Shown here piece by piece: positions 14,544 to 27,857 of a stretch of 64,000 nt of DNA. The notes under the pieces were generated by a model. That model worked only from the letters and a program-made list of their open reading frames with translations, was not told where the DNA came from and did not search any database. How positions within the stretch are numbered: the first letter of the stretch is position 1; each line of letters begins with the position of its first letter. Location: positions 82,462,001-82,526,000 of the forward strand of contig OZ076409.1 of assembly GCA_964187785.1 (NCBI GenBank), written 5' to 3'. The position numbers and the translations under genes were made by a program. Source of the DNA: Amphiscolops sp. MND2022 (taxonomy: Eukaryota).

Positions 14544-15246
14544 GTTAGTATGCCATTTCAAGACATTCGTAGACATGAAAGACATTATTTACAAAACCCG
14601 ACTTGGTGAGATGAGCAGACCAGCCAAGAAGCAGAAAAGTCTCATGTGTGTAATTTGTAGATTTTTAAAGCTTCTTGGCAATGGAGGAGTTTCCCAACTA
14701 CTCGTCTCCTGTAAAGGCCACTTCTGAAACAGCACTCTGAAGATGTCTCTAGTTGGCCATTTATAATATGACTGAAATTTTTTGCTTCAAAAGTAATAAC
14801 GTCTCTGCTGTATTTAAAAGCAGAACTGATTCAATGTGAAAGCTACACTTTTCACTGTTTGAAGGTGCCATCAGATTTTCCATGAATCTTTCAAGCACTT
14901 TGATGAAAGCTGAATGAAACATGGAATGATTTTCGCATGCGTTTCCGTAACAATTTTAGAAAATCATAGTTGGAATTTCTTGCTACCTTCAAAAACGAGC
15001 AGAAAATATCAAGCAGCTTGAACTAGGGAAGGTAGCCGTCCACGTTGCTGGCAAAACATACGATGTGAGAGTGTCAAAGGCACAGGTTTCAATACCTTTG
15101 TGCTACGCAAGAAAACATTTCATTATAATCATTAGCTGGTCTAACCATAGTCCACTCAACAACTGATCTGCTTCTTGGCCAGTCTGATTTTTCTCCTACC
15201 TCCTGCAAATTTGCATAACTTCATTTGCATCCGCCGGCTGTTTCAG

Positions 15247-15366
15247 CGGTTTATTGCACGAAAGAGGATTCCAACTGTATGTGTGTCTCTGAAACTGCGC
15301 CCATCGATGAATGCTGGTGTTCTCACTGGACGACAGCCGATCCAGATATTCCAGGATGGTGCACAA
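15247..15366 (+). CDS. Exon 7, EGF-like module
   Basis: tttcag| VYCTKEDSNCMCVSETAPIDECWCSHWTTADPDIPGWCT |gtgaga; phase 1-1. Confidence 0.9.
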
Positions 15367-16206
15367 GTGAGAAAGTCACTTCAATTTTGACATTTTCCTT
15401 GTTGAAGCTATTGGAAAGAGAAAAAGATTCCACGGAAATTAATGAATACTATTCAGGTTTATTTTAATATTGGAGCTATATAGCACCATTCATCAGTTTT
15501 CCTCCGTATTGAACTTTTTGATTAAAATATAATTTCTGTAACATTTTAAAGTATTCCGTATTCTTCTCGAAGTTTTTAATGAAAGAAATATTCGCAGGAT
15601 GGTGATAAGCGAAAAAAGATATAAACATTATTTTACCTGACATTATGGCGCTGTTTTAAGAAATCGAGAATCCGAAAAACTCGACAACAGCCACTGTTGT
15701 TAAAGCAACTTTCAATACTTGCTTCATTTGGTATAACTACAGGTTATGAAGTTTGATTGCTTTCTTGTTGTAAAGTACTCAGCGCCTTTCCGAGTTCTCT
15801 GCATGTATTTAACGGAAAACAAAAGCAAATCGTTTGCAAAATTTCCTTGAAACCTGAGTCACAAAAATTTGAACATTAAGTGGCTTAAGTCGCATGAACA
15901 TAAATATGTTGAACTAAACAAGGTGTTGTTTTCGAACCATCCGTACATCTACTGTTCTTCTAGTTTAGGAACTGCCGTTTTCTCAACGAAAAACCTTCTG
16001 TCATATTGGTAAAAACTAGTTGGAATCGGAATTTCCTGAATGATAAGTTTATATTCGTTATAATAATTTCTTCAGCGACTGGAAAATAAATTTCGAAGCA
16101 TTTGTGTTTGCGAAGATACGTGAAGTTGCTCGAAAAAGCTTCGTCTGTTCAGTTCTTTGCTGTATGTTTCTATGCTGATATATTGACACGTTTCAGTACT
16201 GAAGAC

Positions 16207-17031
16207 AACAAGCCGTGAATGGCCCAAATCGGCGCACCGCTCAAAGTTAAAAAAAACAAAAATTTTTAAACATGTAAAAGTACACAATTGGAAATTTTAT
16301 CTTTTGTTTTCGAAAAGTCTCATAGTGGCGAAAAGGACCTTTCAGCAAAAACTGTTTTTTTTTTCAAAAAGGCGAAAACAGTTGTGAAAGTGAGGGGGTT
16401 CCTTTTGACTGAATGAAAGTTTCGGAAAAAAGTTGCCGACAGCCGGAAAAAAACTGGAAAAAGTCTTTTCCACACTCATTCAGAAAATTCAAAAAATCCA
16501 GAAAATAAAAATATAACAAAGAGATCACCCTCAAAGAGATCACCTCAAGACTCGGGAAATAATTTTCTTTCACAGAAAACCTCAAAAAAAACCAAAAAAC
16601 GAACAGAAATTATTCTATTTTTTCACTCCAGTAAGTCGCGTAGGGCCAAAAAACCTAAAGTGGCAATCTATGCTCGCAAAACGCCTTGTTTCTACTGGAA
16701 ATCGAGGGAGGGGTTTTGCTTTAAAAAAAACCTGACGAAAATAGTCCATTGCTGAAACAATTGCCTATGGGGTACCCTTTTGTTTCACCACTGCTTTTAC
16801 GAGCGTGAAAAAAATTCGGTTTAGTGCGAGACTCGAACCCGCGCATATCTGCATCTCAGAGCTCAGGAAATCCGCGTTAACCTCCAGACCAAGTGGCAAT
16901 TAAATGTTACCTAGTTACAGCTAAGTGGTTGCTTGTAATTATAGGATTGCTAAGCTTATAGAAATCTGTCAGTTCGCTGGTCTAAAAAACCACAGCTAGA
17001 GTTGGTTCTTTTTCTCAAAAATTGCCGAAAA
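16207..17031 (-). mobile_element. HINE-like repeat copy (diverged)
   Basis: AACAAGCCGTGAATGGCCCAAATCGGCGC start; internal GGTTTAGTGCGAGACTCGAACCC shared with other copies. Confidence 0.55.
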
Positions 17032-18152
17032 ACGTCAATGATTTTTTAACTCAATGCAAGAAGCTGGTTGAACTACGACCGCCATATTGATGCTACTTAA
17101 TTTCAGTCACTTTATAAGTTTCAAAGTAGCGTCAGTCATATTCTGAAATTTGACCGACATTAAACTGTGAGAACAAGGCAATCCAGACGTTGAAGAAATT
17201 GTTTTTTTTTTCAGTTTTGTTTGAAGAAATGGACGCTGCATTGTAATCTTACAAACTTTTTCAAAGCCGGTTACCGGATTTTTTCATTATTTGGGAAAAA
17301 AGCACAAATTATTATGTTTGAAAGCAGCATGAAAAATTTTGCAGAATTTCCAACTAGAGTAAGCAAACCGACCACTTTTTCTCCCAATCGTTTCTAGTTA
17401 CTTTTTAGGTTCACAAAAAACATACTCATCTAATCAATCCCTGAAGATATTATATCGTGACTGAAATTGGTTCGCCTCGAAACGTTGGTGAAATTGTTAA
17501 GGTCTCAGCTGCATTTAGAAATAAAACTGCTTCCTGATGAAACTTGCAAGACTTCGTGGCTCAGAATTGCCGCCAAATTTAGGATTCATCGTTTAGACAG
17601 CTTGGTAAAACTCAATTAAAACAAAGAAATTTATTCATGGAAGTTTTTACGAGAGTTGTACAACAGGCATGATAAATTTGCTTGGCATCTTACAAAAGCT
17701 TGTATTAAGTTTATGCAGTTTCAGCAACAGTAGTTCGTTCTATTATATGTCTCATAGAGCCCAAGACAATGAAAATGGGATGTTTGTCATCTTATCGAAA
17801 ATTGTTATGATCAATCAAGGGATAAGTGGAAACGTTCTCAGAGAAAATTTTTGACCGACCGGGTACCATTATTTGAGAAAACTATTACAATAGAATAGTT
17901 AATTCAATTGAATAGATCAAGCATAATTCCAAAATAAAGTTAATTGAAATTTAAATACCAAATGAGGACGGGAGGCAATCATAAATGCTTTTCTTGTTCC
18001 CGGATTTCAGAATCAAAAGATGCACAATTTCAAGTTTTATTGGTAGAATTTCATCAAGGTATTGCTTTCAAAAATACACTGAAAAAGATGTCTATTGCCA
18101 ACAACGTACAAGAAAAAATAGGGTTCGAAGATATTGTTTTACTTGAGGTCTA

Positions 18153-19015
18153 CCCAGTGACACGAATCTTGGTAGCCTTGCCAAGATCTTGGAAAAACAT
18201 GGAAACGCATGGTAGGCTTACCAAGACGCATGGAAAAACATGATGCATGCTACGCTTGGTAAGATCTTGGCAAGATCTTGGCAAGATCTTGACAAGCGTT
18301 CCATGTGGAAATGCTTGCCAAGATCATGGCAAGATCATGGCAAGATCTTGACAAGATAACCATGGTAAGACATGTAAGCTGGTATTAATTGTGCATAATT
18401 TATTCTTTTCGCAAAAATTCTTTGTCGTCTGCAATTTTTGAATTAGCCATTGTAATAACTTTGGACATAATATTTATTGATTGAAAATAGTTTTTTAATT
18501 GAAAAATATCCAAAATTTGCTCAATAATTTGCTGCACCTATTGACCGAGTTTTGTTACTTGAGAGCAGCGCATTGTTACAACTAACATGACTTATCATAC
18601 CAAGCAAACTCCGAATCAAGTTATTGCAACTTGCGGGTTTGCGATATCGGTGTGAAAACCAACTTTTCTAGCTATGATTTGTTTAGAATTACGCAAATCA
18701 TGCTATTACCTGATCTATTGAGGTAACGGGTTCTAATTACTGAAGTTCGAGAATGCAATAAAAACTCAAAATGGTTGGAGCAAAAACATTTTACTTTAGA
18801 TGGATAGAAAAATCTTGGTATGCTTGGCAAGACACATGGAAAAGCTTGGTAAGATACATGGAAAATCTTGGTACGCTTGGTAAGACGCATGGTCAGCCTT
18901 GCCATGATCTTGCATGATCATGGTAGCTTTGGTAAGATCTTGGCAAGATCTTGCCAAGATCTTGGCAAGCATACCCATGCATCTTGGCAAGCGTGCCAAG
19001 ATTCGTGTCACTTGG
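18153..19015. mobile_element. MITE with long TIRs built from 11-bp repeats
   Basis: TIR CCCAGTGACACGAATCTTGG / CCAAGATTCGTGTCACTTGG; TA on both flanks; arrays of CTTGGCAAGAT. Confidence 0.85.
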
Positions 19016-19560
19016 TAATCATTTTGTTGCGGAACCGGAATAAATTAAACGCACAGGCGCGTTACAGCAGATGCTGTTGGTTTCCTGTTATTTGAGTTAA
19101 TTCCAACTCAAGAAGATCAATAAACGAATTCATACCATAAATTACAATTAATTTATAGTCATTCGTCTTTCGGAAAACAAGTTTTTTGCAGTTGGTTCTA
19201 CTTTTGCAGATTTTTATAAATCGTACTTTTCAAACAGCATTAAGCAAATGCTGACCAAATAGTCCTCAAATGATTTACCAGGTAAAAACTCCCACTTGTG
19301 ACTTTGAAATCGGTGCTTTTATAGCGGCTGTAATGAAGTGTGTTAGCTGTTACATTAAGCAAATGGCTCCCCTGTGACGTTTTTTGACTCTTTTATTATA
19401 TTATTCAGCTGAGAAAAACGGATCTGGAAAGAGCATTAAGTGTTTCACTAACTTGTTTTTGAGGCTAGTGGAATTGATTGACATGCTATACCTGAATGCA
19501 ATACTTGAACCCTGAATGTTCCTTCCTTACGTTGAAGCTAAATTGTGAAAAACCGATCTG

Positions 19561-19963
19561 TTTGGTCGGCGTTTTCGAAGAAAAAGCACGACTCTTACAG
19601 TGGCTAGTTTTTTTCGTCAGTTCAACACGATCGGTCCACTTTTTTTGTTCATTTGTTCAGCATCTTGGCCGGATACTTTTCTGATGTCTGAGAAGCAGGA
19701 GAGCGTGGGTTCGATTCTCGCACTAATCTACGAACTTTTTATGCTTCCAAAAGTATAGTGTAAACCAAAGGTTTGTAAAAAAGTTTTCGGTTTGAAAAAA
19801 AAACGTTTAATGAGCCTAAAGGGTCTATTTTCGGGTTTTTCGGCAAAATTTGACTTTTTTACCAAATACTTAAAAAAAATTTTCCAAATGTTTTAAATTG
19901 TTTTTCCTTGAATATTTTTGAGCCTTAGATATGAAGCCGATTTGGGCCGTTCCCGGCTTGTTT
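19561..19963 (+). mobile_element. HINE-like repeat copy
   Basis: TTTGGTCGGCG start; GCCGATTTGGGCCGTTCCCGGCTTGTT end. Confidence 0.65.
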
Positions 19964-20093
19964 ACCTTTCATGTTACTACTTAAAATGCTGGATTTCAAC
20001 GTGTCAATGGTCTGAACCCCGAGACGTCCTAAGATCTAAGAAAGGTTGTTTCATGATTTCGGTTCTGGTATGAAATGAGGCTTGGTGTTTAAG

Positions 20094-20267
20094 GTTCGTG
20101 CAAACCTGGTATAGATGGCAATTGTGTTCGAGCAGACACTGGGGAGAGATGTTATGCTGATTACGTAGGGGCTGCGGGTTGTCATTGTAGACTTCAAGCA
20201 AACAATGTCTACGTTCCTGTATCTACAGCACATCCGACTACTTATGCAGCACCAGTAGCAGTCGCAT
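20094..20267 (+). CDS. Exon 8, Cys-rich module
   Basis: tttaag| SCKPGIDGNCVRADTGERCYADYVGAAGCHCRLQANNVYVP...VAVA |gtaagt; the final T plus GC of exon 9 gives the module's last Cys. Confidence 0.85.
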
Positions 20268-20486
20268 GTAAGTCACTTTCTGCTTGAACTTCACTTCGAA
20301 TATCAGTGAAAAGCTATTAGACTGTTTTAACTTCATGTGTCTACCCATCTAAAGATCTAAAGTAGTGATGTTATTAAACGCAACATAGCACATGAAAAGA
20401 GAGCAAATATACAAATCTGATAGCAAGAGGTTTTTAAATGATACTTGAAGACAACTGAGAAACTAAATATAGTTGTAAGTCGTCAA

Positions 20487-21033
20487 GGGGGGGTCACTAA
20501 GACGACGGTTCACTAAACCGACGGTTCACTAAGCCGACGGTTCACTAACTCGACGGTTCACTAAGCCGACGTTTCACTAAGCCGACGGTTCACTAAGCCG
20601 ACGGTTCACTAAGCCGACGGTTCACTAAGCCGACGGTTCACTAAGCCGACGGTTCACTAAGCCGACGGTTCACTAAGTCGACGGTTCACTAAGCCGACCA
20701 AAAAAGGTCATCAAATAAATTCATTTCCTTAAGGAGTTTAGCATATCTGTTGTATGGCTCGGTCGCTTCGCTCCCTTCGCCAAGTAGCAACATTGAGGCA
20801 TGACCATATGGCACGTCTCTCCGCTTCGCTTCGCTCCTGCATTTAGGGCACTAGATGTATGTGACCATAGCTGACTACGTTATCGTAATGTTCGATTGAC
20901 GGTATTTTCTTTACATGTACTGTTATTTGGAATGTGTATTTGTTCAATCAAAATTGAGAATGAAGTTAATTGCGCGTTCAGAATGAATTTATTTGGTCGG
21001 CTTAGTGAACCGTCTGCATAGTGAGCCGCTCCC
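20487..21033. mobile_element. MITE with 16-bp tandem array
   Basis: About 13 copies of CACTAAGCCGACGGTT on the left, inverted copies on the right; GGG...CCC ends; 8-bp TSD GTCGTCAA/GTCGTCGA. Confidence 0.85.
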
Positions 21034-21429
21034 GTCGTCGATACCAGCTACTGATGTAAAAATATTTTTCTTTATGGAGTTTAAATTTTAGCTGAGTTAC
21101 TTGAATAGGAGATGTAAAAAGTATATATAACCATACCGAGCCAAACTTTGGAAAAAAATTTCAAAAAGAACTATTCCAATTGAGTGGTTTCTTTTAAAAA
21201 GTGTCACATACCGCATACAACGTCAACATTAGGGATATAGTGGTTTTTATTTTCTGTCCATATTTCATATGAAAAAGGAAAATATTTAAATCAAACGGGT
21301 TTTTTTTACAAAACTTGCCAAGAATTTATTTATATCAAAGCTAAAGGGTTTCACCCATAGAATTCAGCTGATGTAAAATTAGCATCTTGCGGTATGTATT
21401 TGTGGAGATTTTTGGACTTTTTTGGTTGA

Positions 21430-22800
21430 CCCCAAAGACCCCAGAACGACCCAAAAGTGACCCGACAATAGTAAAAACTGCAAAATTTTCCGATTTTTAC
21501 CGTTTTTACGCAAATTTTGTCAAATTTTTGATAGATTTCGTTGTTTCAAATGTTGAAAGAGAAGACTTTCGTTATCTAAGAGGCTTTTTCAAAGAAATAA
21601 ACGCAACTTTATAGAGAAAAAATGCATCAAATTGCGATCGAAATTGAAAAAACTTCCAAAAGATTCGGATTATTACCGTTTTTATGCATTTTTTGTCAAA
21701 TTTAGATACACTTGCTAGCTTTGAAAGTTAAATACAATCAACAAGGAACAATTTTGTTATCCACGAAGCGTCGTCGAAGTTATAAATGCAATTTGATTTG
21801 TAAAAATGCCTCAAATTCAGACCGAAAATGACAAAAAAAGTTAAACAGTTAAGATTTTTGAAAAATTCATTCTTTTTTTGTGTACTTTTCTAAAGATTTA
21901 GTGGCATAGAATCCCACAGACGTTCAAAAAGGAAACCACTTGTTGTTTGGGGGGGTTTTTGAAGAAGTAAAAGCACTTTGTGCTGGAAAAATGCACCAAA
22001 TTCACACCAAAATTGAAAAAGAAAACAAAAAGTTCAGATTTTTGAAAATTTTATTCACTTTTGGTCTATTTTTCTGAACACTTGGTGGCTTAGAATCTCA
22101 CAAACGTTCAACAAGGAAACAATTCGTTGTCCGGGGGCTTTTTTGAAGAGGTAAAAGCAATTTCGTTTGGAAAAATGCATCAAAATTAGACCGAAATTGA
22201 CAAAAATACCACAAAATTTAGGTTTTTGAAAATTTTATGCAGTTTTTGTGTACTTTTTGAAAAATTTGGTGGCTTAGAAAATTGAAAACGTTCAACAAGG
22301 AACAAATTCGTTGTCGGAGTGGCTTTGTTAAGAAGTAGACAAAGTTTTCTTCTGAAAAAAATGGAAAATTTGCAACCAAAAATGACGAAAACTTCAAAAT
22401 GTACCAAGTTTTCACCTTTTTATGCAAGTTTTGTCAAATTTCTAGAGATTTCGTGAATCAAAACGTTGAATACGATGAACAGCGAATGATTTCGTTGTCC
22501 AATAGGGTTGTTTGCGGAGATAAATGCAGTTCTGTACAAAAATTGCAACAAGGACCACGAAATAGTCAACAAATCTTACTTTTTTGTATTTTCCAACGCA
22601 ACTTTTGTAAAAACTTCAACCATTTCATGGATCAAAACTCTGAAACGGTTAAACAAGAACTGAAGGCGGTCTCCTGTAGGCTTTTTGATGGGATATGTGC
22701 CAGTTTCTAATAAAAAAAAATTGAGCTTTAATTTGACACAAAAATTGTCGAAAAGTCCTAAAAATTCAAGTTTATGTGGGTTTTGTATGTTATTTGGGTA
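21430..22800. repeat. Degenerate tandem array, period about 184 bp
   Basis: AAAAATGC(A/C)(T/C)CAAA recurs at about 21619, 21802, 21987 and 22171, with weaker copies near 22358 and 22538. Confidence 0.75.
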
Positions 22801-25212
22801 CAATTTTTAAAAATTCGTTGAGTTAGATGGTTCAAAACCACCAAAGGCGATAGAATCAGGTATGTAGTTTTCCTTCTTGATGAGAAAATCACAGTGCTTT
22901 ACATCAGAAATACTTCAAATTTGTAGCTTTTCCTGCAGTTTGTGTTCAAATTTTTCAACGATTTTGTGACTAGGAAAATTCAAAACTCTTGAATACGAAA
23001 AACTAGCTATGCAGTATGCTAATTTGAAGAGAGTTGCAGTATTTTGCTTCAAAAGTGACCCTGATGAGTCGGAATTAAAAAGCCTAAATTCAACGTTTCT
23101 TATGCAAAGTTCTGAATTTTTTGAGACTTTTCCATCGTTGAAAGACAGAAAATCCTCAACAGCGAACAAATGCGTTATTCAGTAGGTTTTTTGAAGGTGA
23201 ATTGCAGTTTCGCGTTAGAAGAGAGCCTCAAAATGACCCCAAAATAGTCGGAAAAAAAACAAGTTTTGGCAGTTGTTCGACAAATTAGTGAATTTCTGTT
23301 GAAAGTTACCAAAACTTACTAAAAGTCCAGAAGTTTAACCTTTTGGAGTAGGCATGCAGATTTTTTAAAGAAGAAATCTACAATTGTGTATGCAAAAAGT
23401 TCGTCAGAACGACTTGAAGTTTAGTGAAAATCACTTTTTTGTTTCTGAAATGTTGATATACTTTTTTGTAAACGTTTTGAGCAATTTTGTTATTCTAGAA
23501 CGACTGGACCCGTTATCCAATAGGCGTTTTTAAAAAGACATGTACAGTTTCTCATAAAAGTTCCTCAAATGACCGCAAAGTTGTCGAAAAAGCAAAATTG
23601 TAGAAATTTTGACGTTTTTGGCGACTTCGAGCAAATTTAAATAAAAATCAATTGGTTAGGTTTTGGAAGACACAAATTCTGACGAAAAACCAAATAAGTG
23701 TGTGGTGTTTTCTTAAAGTGTTTTCTTCTGAAATGGCTTGACATTATTCAAAAAGTGTCAAACCTTTTTCAATCAAACCTCTAAGCGTTTTGATAGTGTA
23801 ATGGCTACTCTTGAGTCTCAAAAATTTGTCATTGCTTGAACAGTTTGGACGGAAAATATCCTGCTGGTCAGCGGGCGTTTTGTTGAGTTTTTTTTCTGCA
23901 ACTATGAAAATTTGGATGTTTAAATCTAACCACCTCCAAACTTTTCATTTGTTCAAAATCTGTATCTTATGATTCGGATTTGACAAAAGTACTTCGGAAA
24001 TGTTACTATACCTAACATCAGCAGCCTGCTTTCTCGAAAGTTTCGAAGGTTTCTTGTTAAAACTAACTTGGAACTTCTCAGAACTAGATACACGGCCAGC
24101 TTGAAATACCAAACGGGTTTCGAGCTTTGAATGGGCGACGATTTGGATGGTCCAAATTTTTTTTCAGGGCAATAAACTAAAATTATCAACCCCATTTAAA
24201 TTTCCACTACTAGAAGGTCAATACTTTTTTTGTTGAGTCAATTCATTCAATATGAAATTTATTCAGTTCATTGTGAAACCAAGTTGATTTCAAACGACAT
24301 TAGCGGCTTTTTTCAAATATTTTTGAAGCTAATTTTTTTCCTTCGAGGCTAACGACCTAAACTATCAAAACTCCCTCTGACTTCAGTAGTCAGAACATTT
24401 TGGTACGAGTAAAATGGAGTAAATAACCGATATAATATAGAATATACTGGGTCAAACTTATATAATTGGGTTGTTTTTTGACAGTCGTTTTTTTGACAGA
24501 CTTATCAAAGCAGAGAAGACAAAAAAGCCTCGACTTCGTTTTTTAGCAAACATTTCTCGAAATAATTGGCAAATTTGAGAAGAAGTTCCTCTACTAGTCC
24601 TTTCTGGGGAATTTTCTAAGAAATTCAAGAAAAAAAACTCCCAAGTTTTTTGAAGGAGTTTGGTCTTTTTCCCAGTCTTTAGCAGGACACCAACTTTGGC
24701 GTTCCTGGCTCGTTTAGGAAAAGTTACAACGAGCTATTGAATCAAACGTGATTATTATAGAAGCTTTTCCTCGGACTTTTCACTCCGTGACTGAAAAACT
24801 TCAACAAGTCTAAGATTTAAAGAAGGCCATAAAGTTTCAGCGGTTCCCACCTATTTATGACTTTTTTATTTACAAAGCCTTTTAGTTTTCAGTTCACTAA
24901 AGGTTCTCGCTTCATTTTTTGTCAAGGACAAAGGGTCCTTTCCTCCAATATTTTTCCAAAATGTGAGATTTCCATTCGAGATTTTTTAAAGAATAATTTT
25001 TACGATCTGAAGTACATTGCGCTTTTTAAGCTTTGAACGGGGCACAAACGTTTGCCGTCCTAGATTGTTGACATGAGTTATCGCCTGTCTCTGTTAGGTA
25101 TCTACTAGAACATATGCTAAAACATGCGATTAATCGATTACCATGGAAACACTTCTGGAAATGTTTTGTAAACTTGTTGTTGACCGATGATGACACCTTG
25201 AACTGTTTGTAG

Positions 25213-25374
25213 GCGACGGCACAGCTGATTGCTATGATACCGGCCCTGATGATTTTTGTGAATGTACAATGACGGGAACAGTTGAAGACGGAAGAGATGC
25301 TACTGCTTGTTCTTGCAAAGTTGCAGCTGGATACATGCCAGATCCCAACAACCCAGGATTGTGTACCGCATTCG
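25213..25374 (+). CDS. Exon 9, EGF-like module
   Basis: tttgtag| DGTADCYDTGPDDFCECTM...CSCKVAAGYMPDPNNPGLCTAF |gttggt; phase 1-1. Confidence 0.88.
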
Positions 25375-25622
25375 GTTGGTTGCCCATTAGTACTATATTA
25401 TTCGTGGCTTGTAACACGTCATACAACATCTGCATTCATTTGGCTACTTGAGCATTGCAGAGCAAAAAACAAGATCTAGTTGAGAAAAAAATCCAGCTCA
25501 CATGGATTAAGTTTTTCTTGCTATTATTTTTGCTTCTACTGTAAATTCCAGACAAAGACTGGTAGGTAATGCTTGTTCTTTGGTGCCTTTCTTTTCAATA
25601 GAAATTGAGCTTGTCTTTTTAG

Positions 25623-26003
25623 CTTGTACCACAACTGGCGAATACAAAGGAATAGGCCCTCCGTATACATGTTCCTCAGCATCTTGTGAGCCAGGGGCAG
25701 CTGCGGGTAATAACGCTGCATGTGTGACTACAGCCACTCTCGTAACTGCATTTCCACTGGCCGCACTTCCACCCACAGGTACCGAATGTCTTGCGGCCAC
25801 AGAAACCAGTGCAGATTGCCAATGTAACTTTGGATACTACTCTGACGCCGCTGGCTTATGTGTAGCTCTGGCAGCCGCCAACTGTGATAAACGATTCACG
25901 GAATGCAATGTTTGCCCTACTGGAACTAACAGTATAATCGGATGTACTTGCCAAATGGGATACTACGTTGATGACCGAACCGACAATGGACGTGAATGTC
26001 TCA
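25623..26003 (+). CDS. Exon 10, Cys-rich modules
   Basis: ctttttag| CTTTGEY...CQCNFGYYSDAAGLC...CTCQMGYYVDDRTDNGRECL |gtaagt; phase 1-1. Confidence 0.92.
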
Positions 26004-26177
26004 GTAAGTTTCAAACTTGACTCCTTTTCCCCCAATTTGAAACCTGCCAATGATATCTACAATGAAAAAATAGAACGTTTCTGGATTGACTGAAAAAAAT
26101 TGCGACTCATCGATGTTTCATTAGTTTCGAATGAATCATGTAAAGGGGGACTTGTCCGAACGAAATCATTTTCACAG

Positions 26178-26456
26178 GATGGTGTTCGCCGGATACGGAT
26201 GCTAACTGTGTGCAGACTGGTACGACTACTGCATGCGCTACACCCACACATTCATACGGAGATTGCGTTTGTGCCAAGAAGTATATGCCTCAGAAAAGTG
26301 GTACAAATTACGTATGTGTGGAGGTAGCATGTGACTTCCTTCTGGAGAACAACTGCAATAAGGGAACCTACACTGATTCTACTACATATACTAATGTACA
26401 TTGCGCAGAAGGCTTCGTTCCTGACCCAGTAACTGCGAACGTCGGCGAGTGCACAG
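26178..26456 (+). CDS. Exon 11, two modules; probable GC donor
   Basis: ttcacag| WCSPDTDANC...CVCAKKYMP...HCAEGFVPDPVTANVGECT CAG|gcatga; phase 1-1 if the GC donor is used. Confidence 0.82.
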
Positions 26457-27857
26457 GCATGAAAACTTTTCATTCACTTTCTCGTTTTCAGTTTTCAATA
26501 TCACCAAGCCTCGATTCGATTTTGTGAGCATATTGTATCACATAATCTTCTAACCTGAAGTTCGAGGAATCAAACAAACATTGATTTCTCAATACACTTC
26601 TTTTTAAATGAGATTTTCCCCTGCGCCTGCTCGGGGGCAACCCTGTCAGTGCTGACTGATTCAGACGACCTGAAACTAATTTCAAAAAATAATTTTTCTA
26701 TGGGTATGATATGGATTCTTTTAATAAGTGTTATTAAGCACCTACTTGATGGAAAGCCACTGACGTCCTTTTATTTCGAACCGACAGCATTAATTTCATT
26801 ATGTGTGGTTTTTCGTAGTACGATGTATTGTACCGTCATACGCTTTTTGAAACGACCTCATTACGACAAAATGCTAATCGCAGCATTCGCAAGCCCTTAA
26901 GAGTCCAGCTGTACTCAATGACAGAACTTCAGAAAATGATCAATTGATTGCAATTTTCGCAATTGTTTCTTCATATACAATTGATTCCAAACCTAAAGTT
27001 TTTATTACAAGTCAGTGTGGTGAATAAAGTGTGAAACTCCTGCCTGTGAAGACCGGATTCAGATTCCCAGTCTGCGCCAAGTCTTTGGAGTTTCTTTTTT
27101 CTAGTTATGGGATTTCCGTGGCTTGTTAGAACTAGTGCGCAACTTTTTGGACAAAATTTGTTTCTAGTAAGAAGTGGGCAAAGCTTTACCACCCTTGTGA
27201 AGCCTTGCCAGATATTGAACCCACATTTAATTCTGCTCGGGGATCCAATTAGTCAAAAAATTTGTCTTAGAAAACAATTGGATAAATCTTTCGTACAAAG
27301 GCACCCTCGAAAATACTGAATAGCACAGTTAAAGTCTCGAATGACTCATTCATCAATGGGCTTTTCCATCAACTTCACAATGACTTCAATGTGTGATTGA
27401 GTTTCGATAACGTTTTTTGTCATTCACGACTTTTCAAATGTTGGTTCTTCTTTTTGGCTCTTCAGTCATCGCAGTTCCCAATGGATGACAATTCGAAATT
27501 GATCATTACTATTAGTACTATTAGACAGAACGTTTTGAACTATGATAAAAATGAATTTTTAGCATTATTATTATATTAACAAAAGAGATTTCTAACAAAC
27601 CTGCGTTTTCAATAGTTAAGTTGGAATGGTTCACAAAATCATAAGATTTGACTTGTCTTTTTCTTCAAAATTGGTGAAATTTTTTGATTTCTCGTTAAAA
27701 TGATTCCAGAAGGCCGAAAAGCAATTCTCAGGGCATGTAAATTAGATTACAGTTCAGTTACAGAAAATATTGAATCATTTATTGAGAACTCGCAACGTGA
27801 ATTCGGTTTTTCATCATGGTATGAGACTATTGAAGCAGCGAAACGTTTAATTTTCAG

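Noticed and set aside
14540..14545. GTATGT as the exon 6 donor
   Set aside because: Phase 0 would frameshift exon 7; GTTAGT at 14544 keeps the frame
20495..20698. CRISPR-like regular repeats
   Set aside because: Head-to-tail 16-mers without spacers, inside a MITE with a TSD; eukaryotic context with no cas genes
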